DNA from: Salinivirgaceae bacterium
GTDB taxonomy: Bacteria; Bacteroidota; Bacteroidia; Bacteroidales; SZUA-534
Assembly (NCBI GenBank): GCA_017650325.1
Contig: JAGCFC010000170.1
Span: 1-53,229, forward strand
Length of the DNA: 53,229 bases
Direction: 5' to 3'
Positions 36,164 to 45,900 of the stretch are shown piece by piece. The notes under the pieces were generated by a model. The model was not told the origin of the DNA and made no database searches. It saw nothing but the letters and a program-made list of their open reading frames with translations. The position numbers and the translations under genes were made by a program. The number at the start of each line of letters is the position of its first letter. Positions within the stretch are counted from its first letter, which is position 1.

Positions 36164-39100
36164 TCAGTTAGAAAAATCCTCGGTGTCACTATAATCGGAG
36201 GGCGCAACACCATATTGCTTCTTAAACACAGTACTGAAATAGGCGGCGCTGGCAAAACCGCACATTTCGCTAATTTCCGTGATATTGTATTTCTTGGCTT
36301 TCAGTAATTGCAGTGCGTACTCAAGGCGCGCTGTTTTAATAAAATCAGTGGGCGAGAGGTCGGTGAGAGTTTTTATCTTCTTGTACAGCAGCGACGAACT
36401 GACGTTCATTGCGGCGGCAAACTGCTCTTTGTCGAAATCGCTGTTGCCCATATTCTCTTTAACTGTAAGGTGTAGTTTCTGAACAAATTCATCGTTCTGC
36501 TTGTTGCCGAGTTCAACAGGCGTGCCATGCGACAAACTGTTGATAATCTTCGATTTTGTTAGTTGACGGTTGCGGACAAGCGTTTTCAGCCGCAGCCGCA
36601 GAATGTCCATATCGAATGGTTTTGTCAGATAGTCGTCAGCGCCGAGCCCAAGACCTTGCAACTGTTCGGCGCGCCCTGAAAGTGCTGTCAGCAGGATGAT
36701 TGGAATGTGAGCCGTCTCAAAGGTAGATTTCAGCAGCCGGCACAACTCAAAGCCGTCCATTTCGGGCATCATTATGTCAGAAATAACAATGTCAGGCTGC
36801 TGCTGCATGATGGCTTGCCATGCCTCGTTTCCGTTGGTTGCAGTTGTAATGCTGAACTCATCGGCCAGTGTGTCTCGCATAAAGCGCAGCAGGTTGTCGT
36901 TGTCCTCGACAATAAGCAGAGTAATATCTGAGAGTGTGGTCCTCACATTTTCATCCTTCGATGTTTGAATTTTGCCAATACGACGTTTAGCCTGCTTTGT
37001 GCCGACAATGGTTATCGGGACTGTTATGGTGAATACGGAACCATGGTTTAACTGGCTTGAAAAACTTACGCTTCCACCGTGCAGCTCAATGTAACTCTTC
37101 ACCAGCATCAGTCCTATACCCGAACCAACAACCTTAGAGTTTACGGCGTTCTCGCTTCGATAGAACTCGCGGAACAGATGACGTTGTTCGTTTTCGCCTA
37201 TACCAATTCCGTGATCGGCTACCGACAGACGCCACTGTCCGTTGCCGTTTTGCAACCTTACGATAATCTCGCCTCCATCGGGCGAGTATTTTATCGCGTT
37301 CGACAGCAGATTGTCTATTACCTTGCCTATCATGTCAACATCAATGGCTGTTGTAAGGCTGTCGGTATCGTGCTCAAACGTAATAGGTGAGTTGTTTTTA
37401 CGCGCGAGCGATTCAAACATTTGAATCTTGCTGTTAACAAGGGCTATTATCTCAGTATCAACAAGTTTGAGGTATTCTTTTCCTATGTCGGCCTTCTGGA
37501 AGTCCATCAGTTGAGTTACCACCGTCGACAATTGCCGCGCCTGCTGAGAGGCCATGTCGAGGAATTTCGCACCTCGCGCGCTCAAACCTGTTTCTTTGCT
37601 TAGCTCGTCAATGGGGGCTTTTATAAGCATAAGCGATGTGCGCATTTCGTGAGCAGTATTGGCGAAGAATCTGATTTTGTCCTCGCTGTGGCGGCGTTTC
37701 ATCTCTGATATATAGCGCATTACAAAGGCGAAGATGATGGTCGCGGCCAAAATGTAGCAGAAACCCATGAATTGCCAGGTTCGCCAAAAAGCGGGTTTAA
37801 CAGTTATTGTCAGTTTTCGCTCGTCGATTATGCGCGACATGGTATTGTCGTATAGCCTTATAATTAGTTCAAAGCTTTTCGACGGCAGGTTAGGATAGGA
37901 GATTATGTTCTGTGTGGCGGGTTGGCTCCAGTCGGCGTCAAGTCCTTCCATCTTCCATGCAAATCGCGGCCCAACAACCCTTCCCAACGCCTCAAGCTCA
38001 ACCTTTATGGTGTTTTGCGTATAGTTGATTTTCAGATTGTTAAGCTGATTTATGGGCATATTGCCAGTCATTCCGACCATATTACGGATTGAACTGCCGG
38101 CCACGCTTATGTCCTGAATAAAGATTTTGCCGTCCGACTGCTCTTCGGGTTCAAAATCGGGGTTGAGACACACGGCTCCGTTACTGGTTCCCCAAATCAA
38201 GTCGCCATTGCTCATCACGAGCGCTGCATGGCGGTTGAATGATGCCGACAATTGCGGTGTCGAAGGGAAAATAAAAGATTTTCCGCTCGACGGCGCGAAT
38301 TTGCATAGACCTGTTTCTGTGCCAATCCAGAGATGGCCGTCAGCGTAGAGCAGACTTGTCACAAAATCCGATGGCAGTCCGTCGCTCATGCTGTATCGTG
38401 CTGTTATTCCTTTGTTTTCACGTAAGCAAACAAGTCCGTTGCCGTGAGTTGCCACCCAGATGGTGTCATTGCGTACAAGAATGTCATTCACAATACAGCT
38501 GTCAATCAGAACGTCTTTATTGCCTGTCGCCTTATTGAGCTTGAACAGCCCGCTTGTGCAGCCCAGCAGCATATTGGCGCTGTCGAGCTCGGCAAATGTG
38601 TTTACGGGTACGTAGTCGAAGTGGCTGAAATTGTGGTTGCGACGGTTATAACGGAAAATATCGTTGTTGGTGCCGCCAATCCATATGTCTTTATTGCCGT
38701 CTTCAAGCAGACTGAAAACAAAATCGTTGTTGTAGCTACCATGGCTGGTGCTGGAGTAGTGCGCCATGGTGCGACCGCTGCGATCGAGCACGTATAGGCC
38801 CGATGAGTATGTGCCGGCCCAGATGCGCCCGTCGGAATCAGTGCAGACAGACAGAAAAACATGCGAATGTTCAGGATTGTCGGTTAACACATGCAACCAT
38901 TTGTCAGTCAGTGGATTATATTTGCTGATGCCGCTATTGGTGGCAAACCACAGATTGCCGTCAATATCCTCGCAAACGTCATTCACATGATTGTCTTTTA
39001 TCGAGTTGTCGTTGTTGGTCTTGTGCTGGAAATGCGAAATATGTTTCGATTCGATGTTGGTGAACAGCACACCGTCATCGTATGTGCAGACCCACACACG

Positions 39101-40036
39101 CTTTCCCGGATCGCACAGAATGTCGTAAACACCGTTGCTGGCAAGCGATTGAGGGTTGTTGCGGTCGTTCTGATATGTTTTCCTTATGCGGCTTGTCGCA
39201 ATGTCGATCACGCTAATGCCGTGGCCGTCAATTCCCGCCAGTAAAGTGCTGTCGTTGAATTGTTCTAGCGCCAAAACCGGGAGTTTGGGTATATCTTTGA
39301 CCACTGTTATCGAATGGCTCGACAAGTCGAATTGCAGCAAGCCATCGGTTTTGGTTCCAATCCAGAGCCTGTTGTTGCCTTGATCGTAAAAAATGCTGGT
39401 TTTTATGCTTTTAGGCAGGCTTGCGCCGATATCTTGCGGCATGGCGTCGGGCGCATCAGTGTCGATAATTTGCAGTTTCGACAGACCTGCTGCAATCAGA
39501 TTGTTGCAGGTTAGCCATTCTAGATTGTAGAAAGCGCCTTCGTCCTCTATTGTAATTATCTGTCCATCGGTGTATTTAAAGAATCCGTTCGATGTGGCAA
39601 TCCATAGATTTTGTTTTGAGTCGATGGCTATCTTGTAGATAATCAAGTGCAATCGGTTTATGTATTGTGTCAGGTTGATCGACGGTTCAAACTGGTCGGC
39701 AACGCGGTTGTAGATAAAAACCTGCCCCGAATTGCAGTACGCCACCAGCATGTTGTCGCGGCATTCGAGCCTGACTGTCAGAGCGTTGTGCTCAGAGTAG
39801 GGAAGGTTGTAGAATCGGTAATTGTGGCTTGCGAATCGCAGAATGCCCATTTTCGACGACACCCACACAAAACCGTCGGCATCTTTGCAGACCGAGTTGG
39901 TTTCGCGTATCGATATGTTGTACAGATTGTTGACAGTAAAGAATACAGGCTCCGCGCACTTGCAGTTGCCACTGATGAAAGTCAGTGCCAGCAAGGTGGC
40001 AAAAGTCAGAATCCGCTTCGTTGTCATGTTTTTCAA
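36164..40036 (-). CDS. Hybrid two-component system (Reg_prop-YYY-HisKA-HATPase-REC-AraC)
   Basis: Beta-propeller repeats (LWIAT/LWIGT), FFANTAHEMRT, GSGIGL, SDIMMPEMDG, AraC GFASAAYFSTVFKKQYG; alternative ATG at 40027. Confidence 0.96.
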   Translation of the reverse strand: MKNMTTKRILTFATLLALTFISGNCKCAEPVFFTVNNLYNISIRETNSVCKDADGFVWVSSKMGILRFASHNYRFYNLPYSEHNALTVRLECRDNMLVAYCNSGQVFIYNRVADQFEPSINLTQYINRLHLIIYKIAIDSKQNLWIATSNGFFKYTDGQIITIEDEGAFYNLEWLTCNNLIAAGLSKLQIIDTDAPDAMPQDIGASLPKSIKTSIFYDQGNNRLWIGTKTDGLLQFDLSSHSITVVKDIPKLPVLALEQFNDSTLLAGIDGHGISVIDIATSRIRKTYQNDRNNPQSLASNGVYDILCDPGKRVWVCTYDDGVLFTNIESKHISHFQHKTNNDNSIKDNHVNDVCEDIDGNLWFATNSGISKYNPLTDKWLHVLTDNPEHSHVFLSVCTDSDGRIWAGTYSSGLYVLDRSGRTMAHYSSTSHGSYNNDFVFSLLEDGNKDIWIGGTNNDIFRYNRRNHNFSHFDYVPVNTFAELDSANMLLGCTSGLFKLNKATGNKDVLIDSCIVNDILVRNDTIWVATHGNGLVCLRENKGITARYSMSDGLPSDFVTSLLYADGHLWIGTETGLCKFAPSSGKSFIFPSTPQLSASFNRHAALVMSNGDLIWGTSNGAVCLNPDFEPEEQSDGKIFIQDISVAGSSIRNMVGMTGNMPINQLNNLKINYTQNTIKVELEALGRVVGPRFAWKMEGLDADWSQPATQNIISYPNLPSKSFELIIRLYDNTMSRIIDERKLTITVKPAFWRTWQFMGFCYILAATIIFAFVMRYISEMKRRHSEDKIRFFANTAHEMRTSLMLIKAPIDELSKETGLSARGAKFLDMASQQARQLSTVVTQLMDFQKADIGKEYLKLVDTEIIALVNSKIQMFESLARKNNSPITFEHDTDSLTTAIDVDMIGKVIDNLLSNAIKYSPDGGEIIVRLQNGNGQWRLSVADHGIGIGENEQRHLFREFYRSENAVNSKVVGSGIGLMLVKSYIELHGGSVSFSSQLNHGSVFTITVPITIVGTKQAKRRIGKIQTSKDENVRTTLSDITLLIVEDNDNLLRFMRDTLADEFSITTATNGNEAWQAIMQQQPDIVISDIMMPEMDGFELCRLLKSTFETAHIPIILLTALSGRAEQLQGLGLGADDYLTKPFDMDILRLRLKTLVRNRQLTKSKIINSLSHGTPVELGNKQNDEFVQKLHLTVKENMGNSDFDKEQFAAAMNVSSSLLYKKIKTLTDLSPTDFIKTARLEYALQLLKAKKYNITEISEMCGFASAAYFSTVFKKQYGVAPSDYSDTEDFSN

Positions 40037-40112
40037 TCAAAAAATAATCCGCATCTGGCGGACCGCATAAAGATAATAGATTCCTCAATAGAACAATTGC
40101 ACGATTAATGGC

Positions 40113-40149
40113 AAAATAAACGGAGCCGTCGTTATTTGGCGGCTCCGTT
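40113..40149 (-). terminator. Intrinsic terminator after the GH8 gene
   Basis: Minus strand AACGGAGCCGCC-N7-GACGGCTCCGTT followed by TATTTT. Confidence 0.75.
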
Positions 40150-40173
40150 GGAAAATATTGACTATCTATTTTG

Positions 40174-41607
40174 TTATTTCTTCTCAATAGGAGTGTAGCG
40201 GCCGCTCAGGTGCATCAGTGCAAACAGATTGAGCAGACCGTCGTAATAGCCGTCGTAATAGCCGTCCTCGTATGGCTCGAGGCGCGAGTTCCAGAACTCA
40301 TTGATAAAGTCGCGGCTGTTGCGCAGCGGCTGTGTCAGCGACACGGCGGCAACTGTGCCCACAAGACCGATAGAGTGGCGCAGAGCCTTATAACCACCGG
40401 CCTCGGCGATGTTCTCAACCGGTGTGCCGTCGAGGTTGTACTGGTCAACAAATGTGCTTACGCCCTGGCTGCGGAAGAACGATTGCAGACGATAGCCATA
40501 GTCGAACTGCCAGTCGGCGTCGGCGCCGCTCCATGTGTAATCGAGGGCAATGTTCATTGGCACACGCCATGAGTCGAAACGGAATTTTGCGCCCCAGTCG
40601 CCACGCGGCGGAGTCATAACCGAGCCGTCGTAGTTCGAGTAGTCGGGGTTCAGACCGGTAATTGAGTCGCAGGCGCGGTGCAGATATTCACGCGATTTTT
40701 GAGCGCACTCCATATAGAAATCGGCACGGCCGTCCTCGGCGTATTTTGCCCATATTTCGTAGAATGCCGGAATGTGGTACGAAGGATCGGTGTAGCGTGC
40801 GCCAAAGCCGTCGGGCACAAATGTGATAAGTTTCTCTTTTGTGTTGATAATGTTCAGAATCTCAGGCTCGGGGAATTTCATGCCGGGACGGAAGGCTGGC
40901 ATTTGAGGAGCGTTGCCTTCGCCGGCTTTCGGTGCCTCGCCGGGTTTGCGGTCAGGTTTCTGTCCGTTGCCTTCGGGTTTCTGCGGCGGGCGCTGTCCGC
41001 CACCAAACGGGCCGAATCCGCCAGGATTGTCGTTATAGCCTTTTTTGGCAAACATTGCGTTCAGAATGCGCTGAGCCTCGCCAAGATAGTTGATATCACC
41101 CTCGTTGCCCCACTGGTTCGAGGCCAGAATGAGCGATGTGATGAAATACAACTCGCCGTCCGATGCCGATCCGGGAGAGTTCTGCTCGCCGGTTGTCTTG
41201 CAGCTCCAGCCGAAATAGCCGTCGCGCGGACCGCCCTGATGCTGCATGTATTTCTGCGCCCAGCGCCACAGACGGTCGAAAATGTCCTGACGGTTCCATT
41301 GCACGGCAATCATCATGCCGTAGCTCATGCCCTCGGTGCGGACATCGTGGTTTTTAACGTCGGAGATGTAGGCCATTGAGTCGCCAACCTCGAAGTAAAC
41401 CTTGTCGGGACCTTCGAAAACCTTGTAGAAGGCTTCGTTCAGCTTGGCGTCGATTTGGTCGAGCGAGTAGCCGGCTTCAAGCAGAAGGTTTCGGGTTTGA
41501 CCAGGTTGCGGTTTCTGTGCGGGGTCCGATGTGGGAGTCTCGCTGTTGTTGCACGATGTGGCCGATAAAGCAATCGCGCAAGCCAGAATAACATTTTTAG
41601 CGTTCAT
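40174..41607 (-). CDS. GH8 glycoside hydrolase, Rex-like (reducing-end xylose-releasing exo-oligoxylanase), lipoprotein
   Basis: DVRTEGMSYGMMIAVQ, ASDGELYF, TDPSYHIPAFY, FRFDSWR, YYDGLL; lipobox ATSC. Confidence 0.88.
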   Translation of the reverse strand: MNAKNVILACAIALSATSCNNSETPTSDPAQKPQPGQTRNLLLEAGYSLDQIDAKLNEAFYKVFEGPDKVYFEVGDSMAYISDVKNHDVRTEGMSYGMMIAVQWNRQDIFDRLWRWAQKYMQHQGGPRDGYFGWSCKTTGEQNSPGSASDGELYFITSLILASNQWGNEGDINYLGEAQRILNAMFAKKGYNDNPGGFGPFGGGQRPPQKPEGNGQKPDRKPGEAPKAGEGNAPQMPAFRPGMKFPEPEILNIINTKEKLITFVPDGFGARYTDPSYHIPAFYEIWAKYAEDGRADFYMECAQKSREYLHRACDSITGLNPDYSNYDGSVMTPPRGDWGAKFRFDSWRVPMNIALDYTWSGADADWQFDYGYRLQSFFRSQGVSTFVDQYNLDGTPVENIAEAGGYKALRHSIGLVGTVAAVSLTQPLRNSRDFINEFWNSRLEPYEDGYYDGYYDGLLNLFALMHLSGRYTPIEKK

Positions 41608-41869
41608 ATCTTGTTTTTTTAGGTTTTTCCGAGTGCCAAAGTATCTACATATTATTTATAGTGATTTTTAAAATCGATAAACCGACAATATTTGCCAACG
41701 AATCATCTGAGTATCGTCGCAAATGTTCGCTCCTGATTTTGTGCTAACTTGCTGCTAATCTGTTTAATAAATAAAAAAAGCGCCAATAACGGCCCGCCTT
41801 ACAGCCAGCCTTCAGCGCTTTATAATTGTCAGCAAACTTGTCTTAAACTTAAACTAAAATCCAACCTTC

Positions 41870-41911
41870 TAACCTCTAACCTCTAAACACTAAACACTAA
41901 CCATTAACCAT
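41870..41911. repeat. Tandem heptamer repeats directly after the proC stop codon
   Basis: TAACCTC TAACCTC TAAACAC TAAACAC TAACCAT TAACCAT. Confidence 0.8.
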
Positions 41912-42691
41912 TCATTTCAGTCCCGCCTTCAGCGAGCGGATTACTGCGCTGTTGAATCCTGCGTGGTCCAGTTCGTTCAAACCTTTGATGGTCACGCCGC
42001 CGGGGGTTGTCACCTTGTCGATGGCCTCTTCAGGATGCCAGCCTGTCTCTTTCAGCAGCGACACTGCGCCCTGCATTGTCTGCAGTGCAATCTGCTTGGC
42101 TTGGGCAGGGTAGAAGCCCATCTCGCAGCCGCCCTCCATTTGTGCGCGGATGTAGCGCATCACATAGGCTATGCCGCAGCTTGCCATCATCATTCCGGGA
42201 CCTACAAGATTCTCGGCCACAACAAGCGTGTCGCCAACAATGTCGTAAAGGCCTTTCACTTGTGCAAGAGCCTCGTCGGAAGCCGATTTGCCTTTGGCAA
42301 TGAAACTCATGCTTGCGCCAAATTCGGCGGCAATGTTCGGAATCACGTAGAACAGATTGCCGTCGGCGCCAAGGGCTTCGGCAAGCTTGTCGGTGGTGAA
42401 ATTGGCGGCATCGGAAACCACAATCTGCTTCTTCAGGTCCAAAACGGGCTTAATCTCGTCAATCACAACCGGCATCAGCCACGGCTTAACCACCAGCACC
42501 ACAATGTCGGCGCCTTTGGCGGCTTCGGCGTTGTTGGTTGTTGTTGTAATTTGCTTATATTCAGCTTTGAAGCTTGCAAGCAACTGCTCGTTTTTGTCAG
42601 AGATGGTTATGCTGTCAATCTTGCCACTCTTTGCCCAGCCATGAATGAGCGCTCCGCCCATGTTTCCGGCACCTATAACTGAAAGTTTCAT
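41912..42691 (-). CDS. proC: Pyrroline-5-carboxylate reductase
   Basis: LSVIGAGNMG, VLVVKP, PN, SCGIAY, DKVTTPGGVTI; start at MKLSV (42691); TACATTTG at 42718-42725. Confidence 0.95.
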   Translation of the reverse strand: MKLSVIGAGNMGGALIHGWAKSGKIDSITISDKNEQLLASFKAEYKQITTTTNNAEAAKGADIVVLVVKPWLMPVVIDEIKPVLDLKKQIVVSDAANFTTDKLAEALGADGNLFYVIPNIAAEFGASMSFIAKGKSASDEALAQVKGLYDIVGDTLVVAENLVGPGMMMASCGIAYVMRYIRAQMEGGCEMGFYPAQAKQIALQTMQGAVSLLKETGWHPEEAIDKVTTPGGVTIKGLNELDHAGFNSAVIRSLKAGLK

Positions 42692-42802
42692 TTGTCTTGT
42701 TTGTTTTTCAGAATGCGCAAATGTAAGAATAAAACACAAACCGAAAACGCAAACGCTAACCATTTCATCGGCATAGCCAATGTCCTTCATTCATTGCATA
42801 AA

Positions 42803-42940
42803 AACGCCGAAGGCGTGACATATCACAGGCTGGGGTGTAAACCCCAGATGGGCGTCAGCCCATAAAATGAACGCCGAAGGTGTGGCACGAAATCATCGGC
42901 GGCATTAAACACGTAGAGACGCGATTAATCGCGCCTCTAC
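42803..42940. repeat. REP/MITE-like palindrome cluster
   Basis: Direct repeat AACGCCGAAGGYGTGRCA (42803, 42870); hairpins CTGGGG-N6-CCCCAG and ATGGGC-N4-GCCCAT; GTAG-type REP GTAGAGACGCGATTAATCGCGCCTCTAC (42913-42940). Confidence 0.75.
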
Positions 42941-42982
42941 AATTAATAATATCAATATATTACCTATTTCTAACAGAAAATT

Positions 42983-45900
42983 CTATTCCATCTCCTTTAT
43001 CATCCCCTCAACAAAACCAATTTCCTCCTCCGACAGACCGTATTTCTTATACAATTGCTTGTCTATCTCCGCTACCGATTTGCTCCAATCTATGTCGGAT
43101 TTTGCGGTGAAATCTTGAAGGGGAACAAATTGATAAACATTCTGATATAAATTTTGAGAAGTTTTCAATATACCAACGCATAACCTAAAAAATTTTGTTT
43201 TCATATATTTTTTAAGATTTTCTGCTTCATCTTTAGAAGAGAAACATCCAAATGGCAATAATGAGTCAGTACAAACACTGCCTGGTTTTCCTATATATGC
43301 CTTACCAATTATAGCGACAGGTTTCCCATCCCCTATAATACCTGCACCACCATTTGCTTTTGAAGTAAAGACTTTCCATTTATCAATATAATTAGTAGAC
43401 TTCGTAACATTTTTTCTTGAAATGTATCTAATTTCCTCGTGTGCACACCTTAATTCACTCGCTTTATCAAATCTAGTAATGTCACTTATTTTTTCGACAG
43501 TTTCTTTTTTGCCAACAATACCAAATGCATCACGACCCGTTGTAATACTAGAAACAGGTGAGAATCCGACTTTTCTTAAATGCTCAATTATTTTGTAAAT
43601 TTTATCGTCATAAATAACAATATCAATGTCCTTTTCAAACAAAGGTCTTTTGCTAACAGTATCTTTACCACCAATAACAACGTGAAATTCAGTGTCTCCG
43701 CAGTATGAATCTGCATACAAAAAGAAATTTACCCCTCCTGCTATTTCTTCTCTAAATACGTCTTTTGAATTAGGGTAACTATATATTTTTTGAAAATGAC
43801 GGTTATTTTTAAAATATTCACGCAGTTTAATAAAACTTCCATCTTGTGCTTCGGCAGTAAACCATCTTAATGGGGTTATTAAAGAAACATAGTCTGCCTT
43901 TAACTGTGTTGATATTTTTACAAAATCAGGGAATAATTGTTTAGCAAGCCCCCTTTTGTTATCCAATGTTTCCTGATATGGCGGATTTCCAACTATTGCA
44001 TTGAAATTCATATCTTTTAATTTATTTATGAATGATTCTTTTTTGTTTGAAAATAAATCGTATGACGTGAAGTCTGAAAAAATGTTCTTTATAGGCATAT
44101 TCAACAAACCGTAAACTTTGCGAGTAAACTCGTAAGTGATTGGGGAAGTCGGTATTGCATATACATTATTTCTGACTTTCTCTCCAAATCGCCGATAAAG
44201 AGCACAAGTGAATTCTCCTTGTTTTGTGGCAATGTCGAGTATTTTTGAACTGCTTGTAATTTCTTTTTCTGGTAACAGAGCAACCATCTCATCGGCCACA
44301 CGTGCTGGCGTAACAATTTCTGAAGTTCCCAAACGTCCGAATTTGCGCATTGCTGCCTCAACCCTTTCTATAGGCTTTAGTTTTTCATCGGAAATCAGTG
44401 TGTTGATATTATGAATCTTATAGTCCAACTGGCTCAAAACAAAATGGTTGCTATATTTTTGAGTCAACTCTAAAATGTTTTTATTCAACCCAACATTCTT
44501 GCAAATCCGCCGGTTGTTTTCGTTTTTGTTAATGTCAGTAATAATGTCGGTGAGAGAAGTAACTTTGCTGTCGGTCAAGAACGCATAGAACAGAATCTGC
44601 GCATAATAGGTCGCAAGTTTCTTTTTCAATTCTTTTAAGCCGTCATCAGTCAATTCCAAAGAACCCGAATTTAAACCTTTAGGGGTCTCTTTGTTTTTCC
44701 CTTTTGCATCAGGAATATCATAACCGCCATCGCCATTTTCGTTTGGTTTTATTTCCAATCCTTGCTTTGCGTCAATCGGGTTAAGTTTTTCGATAGCGGC
44801 TCGAATGGATTCATTTTCAAGTAAAGTTAAATCGGTTGGTATGCTTGCGGCCTCATCGGCAACACTTTTCGAACGCGAATATTCACGCACAGCATCCATT
44901 ACATTAACTGGTTCAACCTTCTGCAGTTTGTTTTTGTTGAGAACAATGATTGGCGAAATTTCGAGTTCCCTTCGTATGCGCTTTTCAAGTTCCGAATTGC
45001 CATTGCGGTCGGTGTTTACATTGTAAATCTGCGACTTTTGTTCTTGCATTCGAAAAACACGGTTGACATCAAAATCTACTAACAAAGTCTGCGGCTTCAT
45101 ATTGAATTTAATGGCATCCTTTCCTTCTCCATATACCTTGATATATGGGTTTTGCAGTCGGAATATTGCCTGGTCATACTCCTGTGGCGATTCTGTATCT
45201 TTCAGATAAATCATTGTGTCCCATTGCTCTACTGTGCTTCCTGTCAGCATTCGGTTCACCGTCAAAGTAATGGTCTTCTGTCCTTTAGCCTCACAAGTTT
45301 GTATTTTGTTTTTGACGTCTTTAATATCCTTATATGTTTTGTCTCCATCAACCCCTGCAATATTAACTATCTGATAATCATTTAGATTTTTAAATATTTT
45401 CTTGTTGTTAGTAATCATTTTTTCAAGAGCATCGCACGAAGCGCGAAATGGCAGAACAATAACAATATGACGGCACATCTGCCCCTGCTTTATCTTGTCA
45501 TAATCAAGAAAACCCAATACATTTTCATCCGTCTTGCTTCCATCAATAACCTTGAACAGGTCAAGAACTTCTGCTGCGTGTACAAACTTCTGGTGGGCAT
45601 TGTTCTTTTCATCTTTTGATATTGATTGTGGCTTCAGCAATTCACTCATTGCATACGAAACACCAGCATTTTTCAGCGCATTCAGTTTTTTAACTGCCGA
45701 TTGGCACGGATTGAAGGCAAAACGCACCATCTGCGGAAATCCATAGTAAGGATTGTTCCATTCTCTGACATCATCGTTGTCAATATGTTCTTTGTCCCAT
45801 TTTTCTTTATCATCCGCTATATCGGAAAACTGATAAAATGCCACAATGTCATCGTCGGTAAACTCGTCACTCATCAAGATTCGGTATGGCGTTCCCGACA

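Noticed and set aside
39647-39662. TGCAATCGGTTTAT, a partial match to the LacI-like operator
   Set aside because: Lies inside the HTCS coding sequence and the right half-site is degenerate.
41773-41821. Possible proC terminator AAGCGCTGA..TTGGCGCTT-T run (minus strand)
   Set aside because: The inner stem is imperfect and the loop long. Plausible, but not supported well enough to list as a feature.
43130-44011. Shufflon-type invertible TRD system
   Set aside because: Only one TRD, with no inverted silent TRD copies and no recombinase in the window.
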